Assembly: GCA_964016885.1 (NCBI GenBank)
Contig: OZ024740.1
Span: forward strand, 409,882,001 to 409,946,000
DNA: 64,000 nt
Source: Eledone cirrhosa
Lineage: Eukaryota
Direction of reading: 5' to 3'
Of this stretch, positions 25,560 to 38,946 are shown one piece after another (position 1 is the first letter of the stretch; each line of letters begins with the position of its first letter). The notes under the pieces are model-generated. The model did not search any database. It saw only the letters and a program-made list of their open reading frames with translations, and was not told the DNA's origin. A program made the translations under genes and the position numbers.

Positions 25560-26445
25560 ATTCATCATCATCATCACTGTTTAATGTCTATTTTTCCATG
25601 CTAGTATGGGTTAAACGAATTGTCCCATTGAGACATGTCAGATGAAATGACAGTGTTTTACTCATACAGAACTGATTCTGGCCTGGTTTCTATGGCTGGA
25701 TGCCCTTCCTAATGCCAACCACTTTACAGTGTGGACTGGGTGCTTTTTATCATGGCATCAAAACGACCATTTTACATTGTGGACTGGGTGCTTGGCACCA
25801 AAATGACCACTTTCCAGTGTGGACTGGGCACTTTTGTCATGTCATCAACCCACCCAGTCCACAGGGTGAACTGGGTGCCTTCTGTTGTGTCACCAACACG
25901 ATCACTTTACAGAGTATGCTATGACCACTTTAGAGTCGACTGGGTGCTAATTTGTTGTCACCAGCATGACCGCCTTACAGAGTCGACTGAAAGCTATTAT
26001 CCATTAGTGAATTAGCAGCATTGTGGGAGAGCGTGTTATTTTTTCTAAACTTGTTGGTCAAGAGAGGTGCATCAGATGTGGAAACTGGGGTGTACAGGGG
26101 GTTGGAGAGGTAGGTCTAAGGTGGGGTACGTAGCTGGTGAAGGGTAGTGTGTTAAGACATTGGAGGTGTATGGAAGGGGCAAGTGGTGTGTATTAGAGAC
26201 CACTAGATCCTGCTTCATCCTGTGTACATGGGAAGGCGAGTCTTTTGCAGTCCTATATAGAGGGGGAAGGGAAGAAGTGCAAACTAAAGGCCACTAGATG
26301 TTGTTTAATTCTGAGCACATGGGAAGGTGGGTCTTCTGCAGTACTGCAACATGCCAGAGATCTCAATCCTTTGAGAAGTGAAATTGTGTGAGGTCAGATT
26401 TTATCACCTCATCTCAAACTTTCCTAGGCCTTCCTCTTTTATGGA
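25560..26445 (-). mobile_element. Degenerate RTE 3' end with about 6 tandem ~40-bp UTR modules
   Basis: (CAT)n tail, ggatgcccttcctaatgccaacc, repeated cactttacagtgtggactgggtgc; C-terminal coding remnant at ~26330-26440. Confidence 0.75.
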
Positions 26446-27145
26446 GTGAGTGTATATGAAAAGACATCCGAATTTTCAATATTTGGTGTTCAATCACAAA
26501 CTCAGCCAATGCATGTTTACATACTGTAAGTTAGATGGTGACTATCAATGTACACTGAGTCATCTAAGGGTTAATAAAACTTATCTATGTATTTGAGTGT
26601 TAAAAAACCCTGTGAAAATATAACATTCACTCCTTTTTGTCTGTTTTGGAAACTGCAAAAACCTATGAGTCAGGTAACCTAAATTATAATTTGTGTTTAT
26701 CTGAGTGCTTCTTAAAAACTAGGTCTAATCTAAATTTATTGAATAGGAAATTGGAAATAGTTTCAATGAGCCCATGCAAGAATTCCTATCCTTTTTACTA
26801 TTATTATTGTGACCCTACTTAATAAACAATTGATATAAAATAAAAAATTATTTTAGGTTCTTTATATTGTCACTCCAACCAACCTATATATTTAACATGC
26901 AACATATTTCTATTACAACTGATAATTGAGTCCTATGATACTAGTATTAGAATTAAGCCCACTTTAGATTCTTTAATTATATGTAGATCTACGCAGAGAA
27001 TGTATTTACTTGTCATTAATCACTCCAGTTAACCAAAGAAGTCTGCTATAAAGTCTGCTGTTTCATGTCATACTTGACCTTTGTAACCTATTATATTTTG
27101 GAACATGAACTCAGCTCCTATTCAATCACATAGGTATTTCTTTCA

Positions 27146-27354
27146 CCCTTTAGCATTTACATTACTCTATATTTACTATTGTATTTTCATGGTAAACACT
27201 TTACCTCACATAATATAGAATCTTACAAGATTTTGATATTATTTATTTTGAGTACAATACCTTAACAGCAGAATGAGTGGCCGGTTACGGCCAGTTTGAA
27301 CAGAAAGAGGTGAGAGAATTCTGGCCGGGAATGACCGGTTTAAATCCTAAAGGG
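27146..27354 (+). mobile_element. piggyBac-type (TTAA) MITE
   Basis: CCCTTTAGCATTTA...TAAATCCTAAAGGG followed by TTAA. Confidence 0.8.
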
Positions 27355-27403
27355 TTAAACCTACATAGCATAACAGGTGAGATAGGTTAAATGTATCTAG
27401 TAG

Positions 27404-27697
<294 letters not shown>

Positions 27698-28106
27698 TGA
27701 TATTGATAATCACTTAATGTTTTCTCACTTGCTAGCATTTTTTAAATTCTTTAATCTTTAAATCTGAAACCACCTTTGGTTGTATGTTACCAAAAGTCCA
27801 GAAACTGTCTTGATTTACCTATTCATTTTCAATATGCTACTTTTGTGTATTAATTATCAAAGTAATCAATAATTTTGGGCGGCTTAGTGAAATAACTAAC
27901 TTTCAACTTAGTTGTTTCTGCATTTTGGCACAAGGCCAGCAATTTGAAGAGAAGTAGTTGGACAAATTGTTTTTAAAGACTCTTTACTTGTCATCGGGGT
28001 TGCTAAGTTACTGTTTCTAAACATTGCAGTCGTTAAGTCACTGCTTCCTGACATTGCCGAGTATAGAAACAATATATTTTATTTCTTATCAATATTACTT
28101 ACTGAT

Positions 28107-28475
28107 ATGGAGGCACATGGCTTAGTGGTTAGAGCATTGGGCTTGCAATCGAAAGGTTGTGAGTTCAATTCTCGACAGGGTGATGTGTTGTTTCCTTGAG
28201 TAAGACACTTTATTTCACATTGCTTCAGTTTACTCAGCTGTAGAAATGAGATGATAGGGACCACTGCAAAGTGGTTGTGGAGGTACCAAACAAAAAAGGA
28301 CCCAGCCCACACTGTAAAGTGGACGTGTAGGTGCCACGGATAAAAAGCGGCCAGCTCTCACTGTAAATGAGGTTGGTGTTAGGAAGGGCATTCAGCTGTA
28401 GAAATCAAGCCAGTATCGGTTACCTTCCCACCCTTGCAAGCAGGGAAAAGCAGACGTAAAATGATGATGATGATA
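28107..28475 (+). mobile_element. tRNA-headed SINE joined to an RTE 3' UTR and (GAT)n tail
   Basis: A-box tggcttagtgg, B-box gagttcaattc, ttgagtaagacactt core, then sequence matching 41190-41335, then a tail matching 40120-40165. Confidence 0.8.
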
Positions 28476-29419
28476 ATATCCTAGAACAGATAATTTTGTA
28501 AGCCCCTTTAATATCAATCCTTGCAACGCCTACTAGTATTTCAACGTTCATATTTGAATTTAAATATTGACTGAAATCTTGTTACTACACAAATGATGTA
28601 ATTTTACTAAGTAAATCTTGTGTTGCAAATATCAACTTGATATAGCCACAAATATCAAATTGTTATAACCACAAATGTAAAAAACGTGATTTTACTACAT
28701 TTCTCTAAATTCTTGATTATTTTTAAAATTACTGCAACACAAATGTCATGAATTAATATTTTTGTTAAAAATATAGGTTCTTGTTATACCATGTATTGTA
28801 GGAAAAAGTATTTTGTACAATAATGCTGAGGTAAATTTGTGTTAGATTTTCACTATTTTATAGATCATATGATGTACAAATATATATCTACAAGAAAGAT
28901 TTTAAAAAAAGTAGTTATGCATTCACAGACTCACATTTTGTTTTGAAATAGTATATATACGAAGATTAGCTTTAAATGGCTTTTTTGTATACAATTTGAC
29001 AATTGGAATGTTGCCTGACTAACTCTTATAAGTAACTTCAACATTTTCTCAAAGATAGAATAAATATTTAATTATTACTGAGAATGACATGCATATCAAT
29101 ATATTTGATGGAAAATGAAATGTTGTTTTAAAATGTAAACCCAATTGGTGTTTTAGCTGTTTAATTTTGAATTGTTATAAAACTGCATCCTAACCAGAAT
29201 TTACTACCACAAAGCAACTCCTTTTTACACATGTAGAACGAAGTTGCTTCTTGGTTGATGTCAAGATAGTCATCAATGTTGTTCACAAATGTGGTACATT
29301 GCTAATATTGATGTCATTTCTATTATTCAGTAAACTGTTGTTTCTCACTCTTTGATGCTGCTACTTTTACTAATTTCTTAAATGCTTATTTAAAACTAGT
29401 GTGATATTATCAACATTAA

Positions 29420-29605
<186 letters not shown>

Positions 29606-29744
29606 TAAACGGTTTGGTCATCATAAGCCCATGAAGACTGTATGAACAAGAAACGGTCATTTGATCTGACTTGTCTCACAAAGGAACAACTCATCTAACC
29701 CATGGTAGCGTGGAAAATAAATGTTAAACAGTGATGATGATATT

Positions 29745-30350
29745 CCGTGACTAGATGGTGGGGTTTAATATTGGTTCCTTCATATGTTTTGATTTATTTT
29801 TGTGCTGCTGCTGAAGGTCTTTGTCAAGTTGGAGAATGATTTTGAGATCTATGATCATAGAAGTAGTGCAGATTTGGTGTAGGAAGCTTTCTCCAACCAA
29901 AAATCGAGAGACAAGGTACTCATAAGTGAGCATTTTCATTAGTATATTTGTATGCCAGATATAATCAAATGCAATAGAATTGTTTTCAGCAAATTTCTCT
30001 TGAATGGCATAGGAAAGCATATCTTCTGAAGATATGACATCATGGGAACTATACTTGAGGTTATTAAGGAGAAGGGAGTTGTTTATAATTGCTTACACCA
30101 TTGAGATGCTAGAATTAAGAGCAGTATATCAATAGTTGGTGGTTCCCATTTTGGAAATAGGACATGTTATAATATGCTTTCAAAGATATGGTATAGACAC
30201 TAATCTTTAGGAATGTGTTGTAGAGAAAAATAGAGATTGATCAGTTTGGCAAGGATAGGGCCTAACTCAGGATTCAGTCTGAAGGTGATGGTATACTGAT
30301 TCCCTCTAAACCTACTTATGTTGCCATACAACACTTAGACAGAGATAAAT
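29745..30350 (-). mobile_element. Ancient non-RTE LINE RT fragment (CR1/Jockey-like)
   Basis: Minus strand IAFDYIWHTNILMKMLTY resembles the KAFD.VWH..LL.KL RT motif; heavily decayed. Confidence 0.5.
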
Positions 30351-30504
30351 ATGCATACCCCCCTGATCTAGAACAACTCTAGGGAACTTGGCATTTGTGC
30401 GTTTTTTTCGTCATTTTGTCAACTCAGATGGTTGAACTGAAAATTCAAATGTCCCCTTAATTAAATGTCTTACGTTAGGAGAAATTAAGAAAGCTATGAC
30501 ATTA

Positions 30505-30830
30505 CTTTATCATCACCATTTAATGTCTAATTCTCATGCTCGTATGGGTTAGATGGGTTTTCATGTTAGAAGGCTAGACAGGTAAGGTGATCATATCTTG
30601 CTCATATGATTCATTTTTTTGTCTTCATTTTCTATTGCTAGGTGCCCTTCCTAACACCAACTACCTTATAGCATGTACTGGGAGCTTGTTTCATGGCACC
30701 AGCCCTACCACCTTACAGGGTGGACTATGTCATTTTTGTCATGGTACCAGTAGGACCACCAGACAGTGAGGTATGACCACTGTACAGTGAGGATTGGGTG
30801 CTTTCTATCATGGCACCAGTGCTATCTTTC
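30505..30830 (-). mobile_element. Degenerate RTE-type 3' UTR with about 4 tandem modules
   Basis: catcatcacc tail, gtgcccttcctaacaccaac, repeated catggcaccag. Confidence 0.65.
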
Positions 30831-31205
30831 AACATTAGGGTGTTTAGTGTGTCAGACTGGGGAAGCATTAGTGGGAGTGTGTGGGTTCAGGCTATATGTT
30901 GTTTGCTGATGGGAGAGACATGTTACCATGGGAGAAGTTATGGATGTGACCCTGCACTAATGATTACCTCTCCTCATCCTATTACACTACATATTAGATG
31001 TGACAGTTATGTATAATTTATATCATGGTTGGGTCCCTTTATCCTTTGAATATCTTCTATTACAGTAACCTTTTTAAAATTACTACTTATTTGTTCGAAA
31101 CCTAAGAATTATCTTTGTCTCTCATCACACTCTAAAATTACCCATCAAAACTTCATTTCTATTTACTGACGTTTTAGTTTTATCATAAACTTTTTTTTTA
31201 TCCAG

Positions 31206-31322
31206 GACCGAGGGATCATTGTGGAAACAAGTACAACATATGAGGATTTTTCTTCGTGTTTAAACACAGACAAACGTTCTGGCAATCTGGACTCTGGGAA
31301 TATCAAGTTAACTTACAACAGT
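31206..31322 (+). CDS. PRPF40A: PRPF40A exon, FF5
   Basis: DRGIIVETSTTYEDFSSCLNTDKRSGNLDSGNIKLTYNS; tccag acceptor, gtaagt donor. Confidence 0.93.
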
Positions 31323-31915
31323 GTAAGTAAATAGTATTCTTTGCATGCTTCATTCATATCAGTCCCACTTTATGGTTGGAATATTATTGGTTGATATCTG
31401 CACTATGTTCAATATTTCAGAGCTGAACTTGGCATTGCCAGCTAATAAACTACTTAACGCTTTTGATACTGACCCATAAAGTCTCCCATTTTGAAATGTT
31501 GATATTTAAATTAAAACTGCCCATCATAATTCTATGTAAGAATATTCTGTTTTGTTTGAGACACCAGTTTAATGAGTTATTATACTAAACCTCTCTAAGG
31601 CCTTGATTATTTTAAGAATTAATTAAAAAACACAAGCAGTATATTTCTGTAGAAATATGGCAATGCAAGGGTTAATGATACCAAACTGCTTCATAAATAT
31701 ATTGTTTCTACCTTTTGCTATGGGGTTGTTGTATCATAGTACTTATTTATATCTTCTTAATTTTGGAATGTCATTCTTAATTATCTTTCTTTCTTTAAAT
31801 TTTACACCTCTGTTCCCTCCAACATGGGCTGATTTGAGTTAAAATTACATCTCAATTACCTATATATACTTTTACTGTTAATATTAATATATTCTATTTT
31901 TCTTGTACATGGCAG

Positions 31916-31972
31916 CTCATAGAGAAAGCTGAAGCACGAGAAAAGGAACGGTTAAAAGAAGAAGCAAGAAAA
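31916..31972 (+). CDS. PRPF40A: PRPF40A exon
   Basis: LIEKAEAREKERLKEEARK; ggcag acceptor, gtaaat donor; 57 nt. Confidence 0.93.
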
Positions 31973-32389
31973 GTAAATTTTGTTATTCATTTTAATCTTT
32001 TTATTCTTTGCACTGGGCTGTTTGAGAATCAACTGGTAGTTGGCATTTACTACTATTGTAATTTTTTGGATGTTATTCATTCAAATTTGGGGATTGGAGA
32101 AACCATTGAGGTCTATCATAGCATAGGGAAATGGTTATCAGCTAATGATTGAAGATTGAATGAAAAATTTAAATTTGGTAAGGGGAAAATATGATCATAT
32201 CATTTTGCTTTTTTAAACTAATTTCCCTTTAATCTCACTAATCTCCCTTCAATTTCAAAAATAATGACGAGAGAAAAATATTGTCATTTGTTATATGGAC
32301 TGAAAATTAAGAGTTAAAAGAGTAGGAAATCTCTAAAATTCTGATATGTTGTATAGTATGGTATTGTTGGCAAGACACCATGTTTTTGA

Positions 32390-32720
32390 GTAAAGAACAA
32401 AAGGACCTTTTCTATGAGGAACTTTTATAAACAACCTTAGTTCCTGATGACAGAGACCTCATCATCTTGGCAGGAGACTTCAATGGACATGTTGGGCAAT
32501 ATCAAGATGGATTCACTGGAGTTCACAGCAGATATATTTAAGGCTCAAGAAATGAAAAGGAGTGAAGCTGAACCATATGCAACACTAATTTCAGGAAACT
32601 GGTTACCCATCTCATCACATACCAATTAGGCAAACACACAATCCAGATGATTTTTTTTTTTATTTGTAAGACAAGATAGACGGACTGTAATAAATGTTAA
32701 GACTTTCCACGGAGAAGAAA
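32390..32720 (+). mobile_element. Degenerate RTE APE fragment
   Basis: gcaggagacttcaatggacatgttggg encodes AGDFNGHVG; CNTNF remnant. Confidence 0.7.
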
Positions 32721-33856
32721 GTGCTGAAAAGGATCTGTCCAACTAATGCAAGAGTGGGAAAATGAACATAAAAAAGACAATGTTTATAGGCTGTTGTAAA
32801 TTCACATACTCCTTTTTCAGTTTTGTACTTGTTAACTATATAGTTTTCTTGCCTTTCCATTTAGTGTCAGAAAATTACTCAGCTTTAATTAGTTGTTGAT
32901 ACTTTATGTGGCTAAAGTTCAAGTGCAATCGACATCTTCATGCATATCTGGGATGGTGCTGCTTCACACAAAACCTGGAGAATATTCCCCACCAAAAGAC
33001 TTTCTCACTGGCTGGCAGAAATGCTACTGTTGTTACTTCAATGGCTTCTGCTCATCTAAGCTAGAAAGCTGTGCACATCTAGCTCAGCCTACCTGATTAC
33101 ATCTGGCTCAGATTCTGTTATCTCTATTGTATCTTACTGCTCAAATTCTGCACTAATGTTTTCAGAGTTGCTTTCTGGTGTATTTTTATCATCACTACTG
33201 CCTTCCAGGCATAAACCTACTGAATTTCAAGTTGTACATAAACTACACCAATCTCTAGAATAGCAAGTCTACTAAGGTTAAGGGGACTAGCTCCCTTTCT
33301 CCATTAAATAATAGATTAAAAAATATATTGCTTGAAATGATTTTCATATTTTGGTATAAATTTAAAACTCCATTTTTACCCCATGATGCATTTTAACTAA
33401 AGCATGAATTGTTCAACACATTATTATCAGAAATGTGGTACAAACCATTCCTAAGGTTCAGTCTTTTGTTATACAACATAGTTAATAAGAATCATAATGT
33501 CTTTTATTGCCACCATGTTTATTTTTCTTGCTAGCAAGGGTTGGATGGGTTGTAGCAAACTGAGTCAATATTCAAGCAGGGATCCTGTCCTCTCGATGGG
33601 CTGTTTACATAATTTCCTACACTCTGCCAAGTGCTCAGGTAGTGTTTATTGTAGCCTGAACTGTTGAGATTCATTTTAACAGCTAGTTTAGTGGGAAAGT
33701 TGTACTGTATTTTTCACAGAAATATAATACAATGATGATATGGAAAGGTTGACCTGAAAACTTTAAAATACGCATTTATATAACATTTGATGAAGATTTA
33801 ATGCATGCAATTATTGAGTACTAGTCATAATTCATTATTTTTATGTCAATTTCTAG

Positions 33857-33937
33857 ATCCGGAGGCTTGAAGGTGCTTTCAAGACTATGTTAAAACAAGC
33901 TAGTCCATCAATAGATTCTATGACACGCTGGGAAGAT
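33857..33937 (+). CDS. PRPF40A: PRPF40A exon, FF6 first part
   Basis: IRRLEGAFKTMLKQASPSIDSMTRWED; ttctag acceptor, gtaagt donor. Confidence 0.93.
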
Positions 33938-34034
33938 GTAAGTTTTGTCTCTTTATATTTTCTGATTATCTTTTAATCCAGTGTCCAGTAGAGTAGAGTT
34001 TTGTTTTGAACTCAAAGTATTTGTTCTCTCTGAA

Positions 34035-34285
34035 CCCTTTAGCATTTAAACCGGCCATAAGTGACTACTCATACTTATGTTAACTCTTTAGCATTTAAAC
34101 CGGCCATATCCGGCCAGAATTCTCTCACCTCTTTCTGTTCAAACCAGCTGTAACCAGCCACTCATACTGATGTTAAGGTATTGTTCTCCAAATGAATAAT
34201 ATAAAAATTTCAGATTCAATATTATGTCGATATTTATGTAAGGTAGAGCCTTTACCTTGAAAATACAATAGTAAATATAGAATGA
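34035..34285 (-). mobile_element. TTAA MITE, reverse orientation, with a duplicated terminus
   Basis: c(c/t)ctttagcatttaaaccggccata at 34035 and again at ~34084; body is the reverse complement of 27146-27354. Confidence 0.78.
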
Positions 34286-35833
34286 TCGTATTTTGTGAAT
34301 GCTCGTATATTTATTAGCTTAAACTCCCCCAATCATTGTTGGATTCTCATTGTTTGCTATAGGGAAGTTATCTGAAAGCTCTTGTATGGAAAGTGATCTT
34401 GATGTGTATTTTAAAATTCTACAGGGAAAATATACTGATGTGCTTTTCTGTTGGAGGGTATCACATGAAACAAAAAAACATAGGAAGATGTGATGTGGAT
34501 GAAGAACTGAAGTGTAGTGATAATGATATACAGTAGACCAGTTCAAACCATGCTTTATTGGAGTTCTTGGACGTTAGATTGCAGTCTAATGAATTAACCA
34601 TTTATTATAGAGTTTTATTCACTGCTTTAGGCTGTGAACAGTATTTATTTTGTCATGTTAGTTACTGTGTACTAGAATCTTCTTGAAATTATGTGGTTTG
34701 GTCATATACTGCATTTCACCACACTGTTGGTTCTTTGATAGAATACATTGGTCACTCTGTACAATGAAAGAGAACTTTAACTTGTGAATGGAATCTGCTA
34801 GCAAGGAGAACTTGCCATTTCGCAGATAATGGAGGCTGTCAAATATTTGGTCTTATAGACTACCTAGATACTTGATTTTTTTTTCACACAGTAATCTCCC
34901 TTTGCGCTAGATTGCTACATGCATAAGGTATCAAGCAAAATTAGTTGATTTTTGCTGTGTTCCTGACTGCTGATCCTGGGGTGCGGGTGTTCCACTGCCT
35001 TTTGAGGGATTTTGTTTCTATACTTGCTTGGTTCCATTATGCACCCTGTGTAGTAATTCCATACACAGGTAGTAGTGGATACATGTCTAATCTGACACCA
35101 TAGCAAAAGAATACCCTATTTATTTTGTAAAAATATATTCCATAGATATTTAGTGCTGAGAATTGAGAAATATGGAAAGTTGATCAGCTATAAACTGCAA
35201 TTATTTTGATATCATATAGTCTATATAAAAGCCTATGTCAGTTAGTGTTGACTTTCATGTAAAATGTGGAATATTTGCCTATTTCAAAATTTGCTCCAGT
35301 ACAAAGTTAATTTGATATACAGAAAATCTTTTAGCTTCATTGCTTTGATTTAGGGATTTATGTGGTGAGCTTCACACTCTTGCAAATAGGATGAAGATAC
35401 AACTCAATTGACTTGAACTGCAATATATTACAAGTACTTATCATGGAATGTATCTAGATGTCCAATGTTTCCTTTTTTCAGTTGTCACTGGTGTTGACTT
35501 GATGTTCCTTCATTAGTGTGCTCAGTAAAATATATATATAGTGGCATTATACTGATGTTAAGTCAGCAATTATTTATCAGCAAAAGGTGCAGTCAGTCAT
35601 GGCAGAATTTGAATACAAATATTCCACATTAAACTAATTACCTTAAAACATCTAGCCTGGCTCCTGACTCTTAATGTCAGTGTCATGCTGGGGAGAAGCT
35701 TTATATAGTGAATGTATTGTATTCTCGAAACAATTATTTTCAATAAAATATACTTTCTAAGGTAAATATCTTAGAATTTTGGATATACTATGCTCTCATT
35801 CTAAAACTGTTGATCATTTTATATTTTTCTCAG

Positions 35834-36010
35834 ATACGGGTACGGTTAGAGAAAGAAATTCCATTTGAAGCAATAACCCTTGAATCTGAAAGAATTCGGT
35901 TATACAAGGAGTACCAAGTAGCAGTATTAGAGCAGTGTTCACATCACCATTCTAAGAAGAAGAAATCCAAAAAGCACAAGCTAAAGCGGTCTCGTTCAAG
36001 ATCTCGATCG
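35834..36010 (+). CDS. PRPF40A: PRPF40A exon, FF6 end and start of K/RS-rich tail
   Basis: IRVRLEKEIPFEAITLESERIRLYKEYQVAVLEQCSHHHSKKKKSKKHKLKRSRSRSRS; tctcag acceptor, gttagt donor. Confidence 0.95.
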
Positions 36011-36481
36011 GTTAGTAATTTTGTTATTTATCTAGAAGAAAAGAGAAACAAACTATTTTTCATGTTTATCACTTTGTGGTTATCCTTACTTTCAGTTTAT
36101 TCCAGCTATTACAAATGTCAGATAAAGGAAATCCTGATTCAACAATATCAAGGACTGGACTAGATTGGTTCTCAACACTGGGACATTTTTGCATATGATG
36201 GAGGGTGGGATAATAGTTATAGTAGACTATCAGAATGTTTAGTTACACTCCAACAACTGGTTGTATCAGTTGGGAAAATTATTATTTTTGCAGCAAGGTC
36301 TGCTTTGCCTTTCATCTTTTTTTTGGATTGATAAAATATGTACTAATCAAATCCATGGGTTTAATTGATTAACTTCTTTTCCCAAATTGCTGGCCTCAGA
36401 TTGGCAGGAATATTAGAGCATTGGACAAAATGAATCAGTGTATTTAGTTCTGGTTCTTTATGTTCTGATGTAAAAAAAAAA

Positions 36482-38946
36482 CGAGACAATCACTGGATCA
36501 CCTATAGATCAGGGGAACACGCCAGTCAGATAGATTATAACCTTACCAGAAGACGTGATAGAGTGTCTGTTGTAAACACTAAATCCATCCCCCATGAAGA
36601 ATGCACCTCCCAACATACTCATAGTCAGGACAAGACGTACTCGACAACAGAGGAGGACTATCCTAAGGAGAAAAATATGGAAGCTAAAGGACCCCACAGC
36701 CAGTAATAAATTTAAAAGCATATTACTTGATGCTTTCGACAGTAAGGAAGAGCAATTAGAGTTGTACAATATAGAGGAACAGTGGGAATTCCTGAAAGCT
36801 AACCTGCTGAAGGCGGCAGATGAAGTTTGTGGCTGGAGCAGGCCTATAGGCAGGAGGAGAGTAACGTGGTGGTGGAATAGTAAGGTGGAGGAGTCAATTA
36901 AGGCCAAAAAGCAGGCTTGGAAAGTATGGCGGGATGGAGGAAGTAGAGAAGACTATCAAGTGGCCAGGAGGGAAGCTAGGAGACAAGTGTACTTCGCAAG
37001 AAGGGAAGCAGAGGAAAGAAAGTTCAAGCATGTTTTACAACGCGAGGACCGAAAACGTGAGGTGTTCAGGATTGCTAGGCAATGTGTCAAGGAAAACCGT
37101 GATATTGTCGGGGAGAAGTGTGTCCTTAATGATGATGGTGTACTTGCCATCACTGATGCTGATAAGAAGGTAGCTTGGAAGTGTCACTACGAAAGGCTAC
37201 TAAATGAGGAGAATAAGTGGGAGAAAGACAGTCTCCCTCACATCGATCCAATAGAGGGACCAGCAGTGCGAGTTGAAGGTAGAATAATAAGTAAGGCAAT
37301 CAAAAATATGAAGACGGGTAAGGCGGCTGGGCCTTCGGAAATAGTTGCTGAAATGCTGAAAGCATCTGGAACGGTGGGACACACTATGGTCACCCGGATA
37401 GTAAACCAAGTCATACAGAATGGGGCCGTTCCGAAGGACTGGCGTAGCAGCATCATCATTAACTGCTACAAGGGTAAAGGAGATGCTCTTGATAGAGGCA
37501 TTAAATTAATCGACCAGGTCATGAAGGTCACAGAAAAAGTAATAGCGCAACTAATCAGAGAACGAATTGATGTAGATGAAATGCAGTTCGGGTTTGTGTC
37601 GGGTAAAAGTACCACATACGCTCTTTTAATTGTACGACAACTACAAGAGAAGTACCTAGCTAAAAGTAAACCCTTATACTTAGCTTTTGTTGACTTGGAG
37701 AAAGCCTTTGACAGAGTCCCCCGCTCCATTATCTGGTGGGCGCTTAGAAAACTAGGTGTTGAATGGCTTGTGAGAGCTACACAAGCCCTGTATAAAGAAA
37801 CAGTCAACAAGGTTAGAATTAACAACGAATATAGTGAAGAGTTTAGCGTAAAAGTTGTTCATCAGGGCTCCGTCCTTAGCCCCCTACTATTTATTATTGC
37901 CCTTCAGGCTATAACAGAGGAGTTCAAGACCGGCTGCCCATGGGAACTCCTATATGCAGATGATCTAACGCTCATAGCTGAATCAATGGCTGAACTAGAG
38001 AAGAAATTCCAAACATGGAAGCATGGCCTAGAATCAAAAAGCCTTAAAGTTAACTTGTCTAAGACTAAAGTTCTAGTTTGTAGGAAGGAAAATAGGGCAC
38101 CGGTCCCATCTGGGAAATGGCCATGCTCAGTGTGTAGGAAAGGAGTAGGCAGAAACTCCATTTTATGTCCCAAATGCAAAGTATGGGTGCATAAAATATG
38201 TAGTGGGATCACAGGTAAGCTAACTAAGAATATAGATTTTATATGTGGCCGGTGCTCTGGTGCAATAAGTAGCAGCAAGTGCCCACAGAATACTAGCTCA
38301 TTCCATTGCACAGATGGTTCTATAGAAATAGTGGACAGCTTCCGTTACCTGGGTGACAAAATCAGCAGTGGGGGAGGGTGCTCTGAAAGTACAGTAGCTA
38401 GTCAGAACGGGATGGAAAAAGTTCAGAGAGCTTATACCACTATTGGTCGCTAAAGGGTTCTCTCTAAAAATGAAAGGCAGGCTGTATGATGCCTGCATAC
38501 GAACAGCAATGTTATATGGCAGTGAGACCTGGGCATTGTGTGCAGAGGATATACACAGACTGGAGAGAAACGAAGCTTGTATGCTCCGCTGGATGTGTAA
38601 TAGTAATATACGTGAACGGCAAAGCATAAACGAACTAAGGGAGAAATTAGGAATAAGAGGGATCAGATGTTGTTTACTCGAGAGAAGGGTACGTTGGTAC
38701 GGTCACGTGATGCGCATGAAAGACGGCAGCTGTATAAAAAAGTGCAGGGCGATAAAATTAGGCGGTAGCCACGGAGTAGGCAGACCCAGAAAAACCTGGG
38801 ACAACTTGATCAATTCCGACCTCACACACTTACACCTCTCCAAAACAATGTCACTGGACCGAGATCTTTGGCGCTACACAGTCATACAGAAGACCCGCCT
38901 TGCCTAAGTACAAAGCGAGACCTACAGTCAGTAGGCACCTCTAACA
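36482..38946 (+). mobile_element. RTE LINE (subfamily A): APE C-terminus + RT + PHD-like finger, most of the 3' UTR missing
   Basis: 619-aa ORF 36594-38453 plus 38443-38907; frameshift at ~38400. Confidence 0.96.

Noticed and set aside
25700-26015. Repeat-spacer-like pattern of ~40-bp modules
   Set aside because: Degenerate tandem copies of the RTE 3' UTR module, not CRISPR
28107-28180. tRNA gene
   Set aside because: A/B boxes are present but the acceptor stem is poor and the sequence continues into a SINE body
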